From the NCBI RefSeq assembly GCF_000155895.1, contig NZ_DS995298.1, positions 1,290,001 through 1,322,000 on the forward strand: a DNA stretch of 32,000 bases, in the 5' to 3' direction. The notes beneath the pieces are model-generated. The model did no database searches, was not told where the DNA came from, and worked only from the letters and a program-made list of their open reading frames with translations. Made by a program: the position numbers and the translations under genes. This DNA comes from Candidatus Pelagibacter sp. HTCC7211. GTDB taxonomy: Bacteria > Pseudomonadota > Alphaproteobacteria > Pelagibacterales > Pelagibacteraceae. Positions 25,597-32,000 of this stretch are shown here, in pieces (the stretch's first letter is position 1; the number at the start of each line of letters is the position of its first letter).

Positions 25597-26835
25597 TTAT
25601 CTTTTAGACCACGAAGGAATTGGGTGAATTAACTTAGCTGACGCCCATTTAGTTGGAGCAACAACTTTGTTTTCACATTTTCCTGCATCATCACACATCA
25701 CTTGGAAAAGTACCATTGGCTTATCAACATTTTGACCACCTTCTGCAAATTTTATATTTCCATAAAAAGTTTGCATATTAGTAGCTGCAAGAGCGTCTCT
25801 AACTTTCTTTTGATCAAAAGAATCTGCTCTCTCAAATGCATCTTTAAATACCAATAGGGCAGCTGATGACTCTGCTGCTTGATATGGAGGTGCATAACCA
25901 AACTCTTTAGTAAAGTCTGCATCATAAGTCATACCATCTTTAAAGAAATCATCTTTATAAGTTAATGTTTTGTGCCACTGAGAAGCGCATAAGGCATACT
26001 GTGAGTTTTTACCATGTTGCTTTGATAATTTAGCTGCATCGCAGTGTGTCATAGCTAACATTGGAACATCTACCTTCATCTCAGATATTTGTCTGATAGC
26101 AGTTAGAGCACCTTTTGTGTGACCAGAAACAACTAAAACATCTGGTTTCATTTGTTTCACTTTTACTAAAGTCGCAGCCATATCATTTAGCTCTTTTGGT
26201 AATTTATCATCAATTACTTTTTTAGAGCCAGTTCTCTTAATTGCATCTAAAACACCAAGTCTTACGTCTTGAGAAAATGCATCTTGTTCAAACGCCATTG
26301 CAACAGTAACTCCTTTTCCATTATTCTTTTCAACCGCTAGATCTATAGCAACATCAAGATATAAATTAGCAGGAGCTAATACGGCGAATAGATATTTGTA
26401 ACCTTTTGTGAACAAAGATCTAGAAGCACCATTTGCTTCAACCATTGGAACACCGTATTTTTCAGTTACAGGCGCAATCGCTTTTGTTAAACCAGAACTG
26501 TAAGGGCCAAGCATAAACTCAACACCGTCTTGTGATATTAATCTTTCTGCAAGCTGTGCAGCTCTTTTTGGGTTTGACTCATCATCATAATAGATAATGT
26601 CAAACTTATAAGTCTTTCCACCAACTTTAACACCACCCATGCTATTAATTCTGTCAACGGCCATGTTATAACCGTTTTGAGTATGAACACCATTAGATGA
26701 ATATTTACCAGTTAATGAAATTGCAGCACCTAAAATAATTTTGTCACCAACAACTTTTGCAAAAGATGCAACTGAAGTTGAGAATAAAATCACTAATGCA
26801 GAAACAAAACTTAAAATTATTTTATTTAATCTCAT
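25597..26835 (-). CDS. ABC-transporter substrate-binding protein (LivK/Peripla_BP_6 family)
   Basis: 412 aa. A signal peptide MRLNKIILSFVSALVILFSTSVASFA is followed by a type-I PBP fold (LGAAISLTGKYSSNG, MLGPYSSG). The RBS AAAGAGGAAATAAA lies upstream. It is the first gene of an SBP-H-M-G-F operon. Confidence 0.9.
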   Translation of the reverse strand: MRLNKIILSFVSALVILFSTSVASFAKVVGDKIILGAAISLTGKYSSNGVHTQNGYNMAVDRINSMGGVKVGGKTYKFDIIYYDDESNPKRAAQLAERLISQDGVEFMLGPYSSGLTKAIAPVTEKYGVPMVEANGASRSLFTKGYKYLFAVLAPANLYLDVAIDLAVEKNNGKGVTVAMAFEQDAFSQDVRLGVLDAIKRTGSKKVIDDKLPKELNDMAATLVKVKQMKPDVLVVSGHTKGALTAIRQISEMKVDVPMLAMTHCDAAKLSKQHGKNSQYALCASQWHKTLTYKDDFFKDGMTYDADFTKEFGYAPPYQAAESSAALLVFKDAFERADSFDQKKVRDALAATNMQTFYGNIKFAEGGQNVDKPMVLFQVMCDDAGKCENKVVAPTKWASAKLIHPIPSWSKR

Positions 26836-26924
26836 TTTATTTCCTCTTTAATTAATTAATTATTTTCTTATTAAATAAACAAATTTAATTTTATGCAAGA
26901 GGCATTAAGCATCACTAATTAGTG

Positions 26925-27539
26925 TTAATATTGTTGAATTACAGCAATAATAATTGCAATGATAATTAAAACACTCGCAGAAATTGTATTAATTACTTTT
27001 GGATTTGCTTTTATCCAAACAATTAATTTTCTAGCAAGCATAGCATAAGCAACTAAAGATAAAAAATCTAAAACTACATAAGTTGTGATTAAAATAAAGA
27101 ATTGAACAACATAATTTGAATTAAAATCAATAAACTGTGGAAAAATTAATGGAAAAAACATCCAAGCCTTAGGACTTGTGCCTGCAACTAAAAAACCATC
27201 TCTAAAAAAAGAAAAAAAACTTTTTGATGAAATATTATTTGAACTTATATCTTTTGGTTTTGAGTTATAAAGATCATAAGCAAGATATAATAAATAAATT
27301 ATTCCTATCCATTTAAAAATATTTAAAAAATTTGGATTATCTAAAAAAAATGAGCCAATGACAAAGATGACAAGAGTTGCCTGAATAAAGTTTGCACTTA
27401 TATCTCCTAATGCAGTCCAAATACATTTTTGAACACCATAATTCATAGAATAAGAAATTATGACAATTCTTGGTGTACCTGGTGTAATAAATAAAAATAA
27501 GATTATTTGTAAAAATAGAAAATAGTTTATGGGGAACAT
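26925..27539 (-). CDS. LysE/RhtB-family amino-acid exporter
   Basis: 204 aa with about 6 helices. The N-terminal motif FITPGTPRI corresponds to the family's PGP(N) block. Confidence 0.8.
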   Translation of the reverse strand: MFPINYFLFLQIILFLFITPGTPRIVIISYSMNYGVQKCIWTALGDISANFIQATLVIFVIGSFFLDNPNFLNIFKWIGIIYLLYLAYDLYNSKPKDISSNNISSKSFFSFFRDGFLVAGTSPKAWMFFPLIFPQFIDFNSNYVVQFFILITTYVVLDFLSLVAYAMLARKLIVWIKANPKVINTISASVLIIIAIIIAVIQQY

Positions 27540-27553
27540 TTTAAGTATGCGTG

Positions 27554-27600
27554 GATAGTCCTTAAAAACCGGGAGCTAAAGATGGCTAAGAAGGACTATC
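27554..27600. promoter_or_regulatory. GC-rich structured element (10-bp perfect stem enclosing 27 nt) in the LysE/DUF2805 divergent spacer; class unknown
   Basis: GATAGTCCTT (27554-27563) and AAGGACTATC (27591-27600) are exact reverse complements. The interior AAAAACCGGGAGCTAAAGATGGCTAAG can form a second small stem (AGCT/GGCT). The element stands out against otherwise A/T-only spacer DNA. Confidence 0.4.
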
Positions 27601-27663
27601 AAATACATAATATCACTCTCTAAAAAAAATGCATTAAACATTTTTTTCAAATATAAAGGATTT

Positions 27664-27960
27664 ATGAAAAAAAAAGGTCACACCCCTATTACCAGGGTCA
27701 AAAATCCAGAGCCAGATGTAAATGACCCAGATTGGGTTATTTGGGCAGCTTGGGCTGACCGGATCACTTTTGAAGATATTGAAAAGAAGACTGGGAAAAC
27801 AGAGTCTGAGGTAATTAAAATTATGAGACGATCTATTAAGCCTGCCTCATTCAGGTTGTGGCGAAAACGAGTTAATCAAAAAAGTATTAAACACCGAAAA
27901 AAATTTGAATACTCAAGAAAACAAATTACTAGTAAAATTAAAAAGAATGATTATTTATAA
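27664..27960 (+). CDS. DUF2805 / TIGR03643-family small protein
   Basis: 98 aa. The block WVIWAAWADRITFEDIEKKTGKTESEVIKIMRRSIKPASFRLWRKRV matches the conserved core of this family as I recall it. Confidence 0.75.
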   Translation: MKKKGHTPITRVKNPEPDVNDPDWVIWAAWADRITFEDIEKKTGKTESEVIKIMRRSIKPASFRLWRKRVNQKSIKHRKKFEYSRKQITSKIKKNDYL

Positions 27961-27963
27961 TTC

Positions 27964-28218
27964 ATGAAATTAGTAACTATTTATACAGGTCCTCTTTGCA
28001 ATTACTGTGATGCTGCTAAAAGATTATTAGCTAGAAATAATGTAGAATATAAAGAAATTAACATTGCAACAGTTGAAGGTGCTATGGAAGAAATGATTAA
28101 AAAAGCAAATGGTAAGAGAACAATTCCACAAATCTTTTTTGATGACCAGCACATTGGTGGTTATGATGAAACCAGAGCTTTGGAAAAAGAGAATAAATTA
28201 TTAGAATTACTGAAATAA
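27964..28218 (+). CDS. grxC: Glutaredoxin (GrxC-type) with a C-N-Y-C active site
   Basis: 84 aa. It is colinear with E. coli Grx3 (IYTxxxCxYCxxAKxLL, TIPQIFFDDQHIGGYDE). The active site reads CNYC rather than the usual CPYC. Confidence 0.88.
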   Translation: MKLVTIYTGPLCNYCDAAKRLLARNNVEYKEINIATVEGAMEEMIKKANGKRTIPQIFFDDQHIGGYDETRALEKENKLLELLK

Positions 28219-28241
28219 AAAAAGTTTAAAATTAATTCAAA

Positions 28242-29213
28242 CTACCTAGCAATTAAATCAAAATCGAAATAAGCACTATCAAAATATCCAATCATATTTG
28301 TAGTGCTAGTCATACTTTTTGTTATACCTCTGGTATTATTGTATTTGATTTGAAGACCAGTAGTTTGAGGGGTAATTTTCATTGTTGTTGCAAGTGGCAT
28401 TACACCAATTATTCTTGCAATATCGTGATCTGCACCGCCAGTACAACCTGCTATACCATTTTTAATTTGGTCTGTGTCTGTAGCTCCAACTCCATCAAGA
28501 AGTGTCAAATCTGACTCTACTAAATAAGCATCGATATTAACACTCGTACCTTGAAAAGTTACTGCATGATAGCAATCATCATCACTATCCATTGTTAATG
28601 TATTAACTCCAATTGTTGTCTCGGCAGCAGTTGCGCCTGAAGTACAGTCTACATTTGATTTTGCAGCAGTATTAATTCTGTTTTCAAAACCGTATATTGT
28701 TCCAAGAGATGATACTTTTGTTACACAAGTTGTCGAAGTATTTGATCTGTCACTCATCGTAGCATCAAAAAGTTGGCTTGTCGTGAATTTAAATGTAGAA
28801 CCCATAGTGACAATTGCGAAAGTATAATTTCCATAAGGTAAAGCAGTATAATCTGCAGCAGTTCCTATTTGAGTACCTGTTCCTTTTACAACTGTTGTCT
28901 CAGACCCACTATCATTCTTGAAAAATGTAGAACAATTAGTTCTTACTACTTGTGCAGATGTTGTTGGACCAGTTGGTCGAGAAGTACATAGATCTAATCT
29001 ATAAAAAGTTATCTTTTGAGCATCAGGAGTAAATTCACATCTATTGTTTGCAGCAGCAGGAGTTATAGTTCCTCCATTACCGTTGCATTCTGGATCATTT
29101 CTACTTACCGTAGTTCCAGGCTGTGCATTTGTAGCTGTTGAATAGAATGTTATACTAATCAAACTTAAAAATAATATTATAAAAAATATTCTAATATTTA
29201 AATCAGCTTTCAT
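28242..29213 (-). CDS. Secreted Thr/Gly/Ser-rich, 8-Cys protein of unknown family
   Basis: 323 aa. It has a Sec-type signal peptide (MKADLNIR-IFFIILFLSLISITFY-STATNA|QPG). The mature part is poor in Lys/Ile relative to the rest of the window, beta-strand-like, and has 8 Cys. It starts 3 nt after the barrel gene stop. Confidence 0.6.
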   Translation of the reverse strand: MKADLNIRIFFIILFLSLISITFYSTATNAQPGTTVSRNDPECNGNGGTITPAAANNRCEFTPDAQKITFYRLDLCTSRPTGPTTSAQVVRTNCSTFFKNDSGSETTVVKGTGTQIGTAADYTALPYGNYTFAIVTMGSTFKFTTSQLFDATMSDRSNTSTTCVTKVSSLGTIYGFENRINTAAKSNVDCTSGATAAETTIGVNTLTMDSDDDCYHAVTFQGTSVNIDAYLVESDLTLLDGVGATDTDQIKNGIAGCTGGADHDIARIIGVMPLATTMKITPQTTGLQIKYNNTRGITKSMTSTTNMIGYFDSAYFDFDLIAR

Positions 29214-29216
29214 AAA

Positions 29217-30059
29217 TTAAAATCCTATTACTGTTAAATCCATTTCTTTTTGTTTTACAATTAAGTTTTGTCTTCTAACTTTTGCAAATTTTTGATCTGA
29301 AACTGAAGTTAAATTATAGGCGGTGTCACTTATTCCAATTTCGTTATTTGAATTATTACAACAAGTATAAGTTATTTTTAAAAATTCCTCATCTTCAGTA
29401 ACTCCATCATTACTTCTTTTTCCAATTTCAATATTAAAATTTGTAAGTTTTGCTTCTAGTGATATCTCATCTCCTTCTAGATCTGCTGCACCACTAGCAC
29501 CTTCCCAGTTAAATGATCTATAGTATAAATTTGTCCATGGCAGATAAGGTAATGGCATACCTAATTCTACGTCGCTACCATTTAATGCTTTCTCATTTAT
29601 ATTATTTAATCCTGATTTCCAGCCAGAAAGACCGTAATATTGATTAGCTCTTAACGATCCAACACTTGATATTGCTTCAATACCAATACTTGCTCTTTGG
29701 TGATCATAATCTAATTCATGATCATAGAATAAATTATAACCAACTAATAATGTATCATCATTAATCAATTTTCTATTACCAAAACCTAAATTGATAGTTT
29801 CTCTGCTATCGTCTGATAAAAATAAACTTGCTTGAGTGAAGATAATATTTTCATTATCACTTGGATCACTTATAGGTTTTACTACTAAAACACTTCCCGT
29901 AACTTCATTTGTTACACCTGTACTTAAACCAATTTCAGCAGTTGGGAATTTATCACTAAAATAACTATTCAAGTTATTCATAAACTTATTGGTTAGGTCT
30001 ATAGCATTAGCACTTAAGCTATATAATAAAATTATGAAAGTTAATTTAACTATTTTCAT
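29217..30059 (-). CDS. Stand-alone inverse-autotransporter (intimin/invasin-type, IAT_beta) outer-membrane beta-barrel protein
   Basis: 280 aa with signal peptide MKIVKLTFIILLYSLSANA|ID. Several blocks are colinear with the intimin beta-domain as I recall it:
- IIFTQASLFLSDDSRETINLGFGNRKL
- LVGYNLFYDHELDYDHQRASIGIEA
- LRANQYYGLSGW
- EKALNGSDVELGMPLPYLPW
- LYYRSFNWEG
The C-terminus ends in ...VIGF, an aromatic OMP beta-signal. Confidence 0.75.
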   Translation of the reverse strand: MKIVKLTFIILLYSLSANAIDLTNKFMNNLNSYFSDKFPTAEIGLSTGVTNEVTGSVLVVKPISDPSDNENIIFTQASLFLSDDSRETINLGFGNRKLINDDTLLVGYNLFYDHELDYDHQRASIGIEAISSVGSLRANQYYGLSGWKSGLNNINEKALNGSDVELGMPLPYLPWTNLYYRSFNWEGASGAADLEGDEISLEAKLTNFNIEIGKRSNDGVTEDEEFLKITYTCCNNSNNEIGISDTAYNLTSVSDQKFAKVRRQNLIVKQKEMDLTVIGF

Positions 30060-30066
30060 TCACTAA

Positions 30067-30095
30067 ATTTTATTAGATTTAATTAAAATTTACAA
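30067..30095 (-). promoter_or_regulatory. Sigma70-like promoter candidate for the barrel gene (TTGTAA-N17-TAAAAT)
   Basis: On the - strand: TTGTAA (30095-30090), a 17-nt spacer, then TAAAAT (30072-30067), then 7 nt to the ATG at 30059. This would give a nearly leaderless mRNA. Such matches are common by chance in AT-rich DNA. Confidence 0.25.
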
Positions 30096-30102
30096 ATTAT
30101 AT

Positions 30103-30121
30103 TAAACCTAATTTAGGTTTA
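30103..30121 (-). terminator. Weak terminator-like palindrome after msrB
   Basis: AAACCTAA-t-TTAGGTTT (30104-30120) begins 5 nt after the MsrB stop on the - strand. It is followed by an AT-rich tract but no clean U-run. Confidence 0.3.
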
Positions 30122-30125
30122 TGAT

Positions 30126-30500
30126 TTATTCCTTTGGTTTAAAAACCAAACAAACGCCGTTATTACAGTATCTTTTACCAGAAGGATTTGGACCATCGTC
30201 AAAGATGTGACCATGATGACCACCACATTTTTTACAATGATATTCAGTTCTAGCATAACCAAGTAGGTGATCTGTTTTAGTTTCAAATACATCAGGTAAA
30301 GACTCGTAAAAAGATGGCCAGCCTGAGCCACTTTCGTACTTTGTGATTGAATCAAATAATTTTTCACCACAATTTACACAATGAAAACTTCCTTCTCTTT
30401 TTTCATTATTTAATTCAGAGGAATTTGGCATTTCAGTGCCCTCTTCAAATAAAACTAATTTTTGCTCAGAAGTTAAATCTTTATTAATTTTCTTTGTCAT
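30126..30500 (-). CDS. msrB: Peptide-methionine (R)-S-oxide reductase MsrB
   Basis: 124 aa with two CxxC zinc pairs (CVNCGEKLF, CKKCGGHHGHIFDDGP) and the catalytic RYCNNG motif. Confidence 0.95.
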   Translation of the reverse strand: MTKKINKDLTSEQKLVLFEEGTEMPNSSELNNEKREGSFHCVNCGEKLFDSITKYESGSGWPSFYESLPDVFETKTDHLLGYARTEYHCKKCGGHHGHIFDDGPNPSGKRYCNNGVCLVFKPKE

Positions 30501-30503
30501 AAT

Positions 30504-31397
30504 TTAAATTAATTTAGCACAAGATTGATGTAATAAAGAATGTAATTCTACCAATTTATTAAAGTCTTTATTATATCCTCCACCTAGAACACCACAAATA
30601 GGTATTTTTTTTGAAGAAAAACTTTCAATTACTAGCTCATCTCTGAGTCTTATGCCTTCATCTGAAATTTTTAATTTACCTAATCGGTCATTAAAATGAA
30701 TATCGACACCAGCTATATAAAAAACAAAATCAAAGTTTTCATTATTTAACTCATTTAAATAAAATTTAAGTGTCTTTATATATACATCATCTTCAAGATT
30801 GTCTTCAAGCTCAACATCTAAATCACTAATTGATTTTTTTGCGGGATAATTAGTTTTTGAATGCATGCTAAAAGTAAAGACATGTCTATTGTATTTAAAA
30901 ATTTCTGAGTTACCATTTCCTTGATGAACATCTAGATCTACTATTAAAATTCTATTTGCAAATCCTTTATCCAATAAATAATGTGCAGCAACAGCTACAT
31001 CATTAAAAACACAATAACCAGCACCACTATCATAATTTGCATGATGACTTCCGCCTGCAGTGTTGCAAGCAATCCCATAGTTTAAAGCAAGTTTTGATGC
31101 TAAAACAGTTCCCCCAGTTGCTACTAAGGACCTTTGAACCACGCTATCAACCAATGGAAAACCAATTTTTTTAATTTTATTTTTATCTAAGGTTTTGTTT
31201 TTAATATCATGTATATAATCTTCTGAATGAGCTCTATTTAAAGTTTCAAAAGAGCAAGCAACAGGGTTAAAAAAATTTTTTACTACTTTTTGTTCTATTA
31301 AATATTTAGCAAGTTCACCAAATTTATTAATTGGAAACTTATGATCATCTCCAATTTTAGCAACATAATCTTTATGATTAACTACAGGTAGCTCCAT
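30504..31397 (-). CDS. Histone-deacetylase-superfamily protein (AcuC/APAH-like deacetylase)
   Basis: 297 aa with GGSHHA, GYCVFNDVAVAA and DLDVHQGNG metal and active-site blocks. The ATG overlaps the upstream stop by 1 nt. Confidence 0.88.
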   Translation of the reverse strand: MELPVVNHKDYVAKIGDDHKFPINKFGELAKYLIEQKVVKNFFNPVACSFETLNRAHSEDYIHDIKNKTLDKNKIKKIGFPLVDSVVQRSLVATGGTVLASKLALNYGIACNTAGGSHHANYDSGAGYCVFNDVAVAAHYLLDKGFANRILIVDLDVHQGNGNSEIFKYNRHVFTFSMHSKTNYPAKKSISDLDVELEDNLEDDVYIKTLKFYLNELNNENFDFVFYIAGVDIHFNDRLGKLKISDEGIRLRDELVIESFSSKKIPICGVLGGGYNKDFNKLVELHSLLHQSCAKLI

Positions 31398-32000
31398 TAT
31401 TTTTCAATAACACGAATAGGTTTACCATTTACACAAGCTTCAAGATCTTCAATCATTTGAGTATAATAGATGCTATAATTTTCAGCTGTCACATAACCAA
31501 TGTGAGGTGTTAATAATACATTGGGTAAAAATCTTAGCTTATTAGCCTCAGGCAGAGGTTCTTTTTCATAAACATCAATTCCAGCACCCATAATAACATT
31601 AGTAGATAAAGCAATAATCAAATCATCTTCATTAACTATTGGGCCACGCGCAGTATTAATTAAAAAAGCAGTTTTTTTCATTTGATCAAACTCTTTAATT
31701 GTGATGCAATCTTTGTAACGCTCTCCACCTTGTACGTGAATTGAAATATAATCTGACGTTTTAATTAAATCCTCTTTACTACAAGGCAGAACGTTTAATT
31801 CTTTACATTTATCTAAATCTAAATTTTCACTCCAAGCCATTACTTGCATACCAAATGCATTAGCAATTTTTGCAACTTGTGAACCTACTTTTCCAAGACC
31901 AATTAAACCAATAATTTTTCCTTTAAGCTCAAAACCAACTGTTGTTTGCCAATAACCTTGGTACATATTATCAATTTCTGTTTTTAAATTTCTTGATAAC
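31397..32000 (-). CDS. D-isomer-specific 2-hydroxyacid dehydrogenase (NAD-binding and C-terminal part; 5' end outside window)
   Basis: It carries the NAD-binding motif GLIGLGKVGSQVA, ARGPIV, and PHIGYVT (catalytic His). The frame stays open upstream of the track's Met (...LSRNLKTEIDN-MYQGYW) to base 32000, so the gene is truncated by the window edge. Confidence 0.88.
   Translation of the reverse strand, partial: LSRNLKTEIDNMYQGYWQTTVGFELKGKIIGLIGLGKVGSQVAKIANAFGMQVMAWSENLDLDKCKELNVLPCSKEDLIKTSDYISIHVQGGERYKDCITIKEFDQMKKTAFLINTARGPIVNEDDLIIALSTNVIMGAGIDVYEKEPLPEANKLRFLPNVLLTPHIGYVTAENYSIYYTQMIEDLEACVNGKPIRVIEK

Noticed and set aside
27554-27600. Assigning the GC-rich hairpin to a known riboswitch class (glycine, SAM-II/SAM-V, TPP, guanidine I-III, fluoride, glutamine/Downstream-peptide, preQ1, ZTP)
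   Set aside because: None of the conserved core sequences I can recall for these classes is present on either strand. A covariance-model scan is needed, so the element is left unclassified.
27622-27647. Inverted repeat AAAAAAATG-cattaaa-CATTTTTTT in the LysE/DUF2805 spacer
   Set aside because: It is composed almost entirely of A-T pairs formed by two homopolymer runs, so it would be thermodynamically very weak and is expected by chance in this composition. It may only contribute promoter curvature or UP-element character.
29211-29222. Reading the barrel gene and the downstream gene as one fused inverse autotransporter interrupted by a TAA
   Set aside because: The two ORFs are in the same frame, so readthrough is formally possible. 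However, the downstream ORF begins with a canonical Sec signal peptide, and the barrel ends in an OMP C-terminal aromatic signal. Both features argue for two genuine polypeptides. The alternative is kept as a refutation test in the finding.
1-32000. Scan for rRNA, tRNA, CRISPR arrays, IS elements/transposases, integrases, phage genes and toxin-antitoxin pairs
   Set aside because: None was found. No GC-rich cloverleaf-sized islands occur outside coding regions, there are no regularly spaced repeats, and no ORF has recombinase or transposase motifs. All spacers longer than 30 nt were inspected individually.

Overview
The window is AT-rich (roughly 30% GC by eye, not computed) and extremely gene-dense. 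It holds 36 protein-coding genes, many joined by 1-8 nt overlaps (ATGA, GTGA, TAATG). I found no rRNA, tRNA, CRISPR array or recognisable IS/transposase. Style and content suggest a streamlined marine alphaproteobacterium of the SAR11/Pelagibacterales type; this is an inference.

Layout:
- 1-12067 (+): a run of oxidative and catabolic genes. It comprises a TauD-like dioxygenase tail, then a GMC oxidoreductase, two tandem EamA transporters and a 2OG oxygenase (all ATGA-coupled), then YdcF. A tightly coupled six-gene operon follows: LLM monooxygenase, ThDP enzyme, methyltransferase, PF06684 protein, alpha/beta hydrolase and aldehyde dehydrogenase.
- 12175-13365 (+): an orphan LivK-type binding protein that ends at a strong bidirectional terminator.
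- 13420-27539 (-): a ~14 kb co-directional array consisting of LysE, a complete HAAT ABC importer, AzlCD, a CsiD-like dioxygenase, a ProC-like reductase, a second HAAT ABC importer lacking a binding protein, an MFS transporter and a TauE/SafE gene.
- 27664-28218 (+): a DUF2805 protein and a glutaredoxin.
- 28242-32000 (-): a secreted Thr/Cys-rich protein, a stand-alone inverse-autotransporter-type beta-barrel, MsrB, an HDAC-family protein and a partial 2-hydroxyacid dehydrogenase.

Most interesting items:
- the split barrel + secreted-protein pair;
- the uncharacterised six-gene operon, which sits in an organosulfonate-flavoured context;
- the CsiD/ProC pair embedded between two importers;
- a TauE gene carrying an in-frame TGA at codon 5;
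- a 22-codon hydrophobic sORF coupled to the MFS gene;
- a GC-rich structured element in the LysE/DUF2805 divergent spacer.
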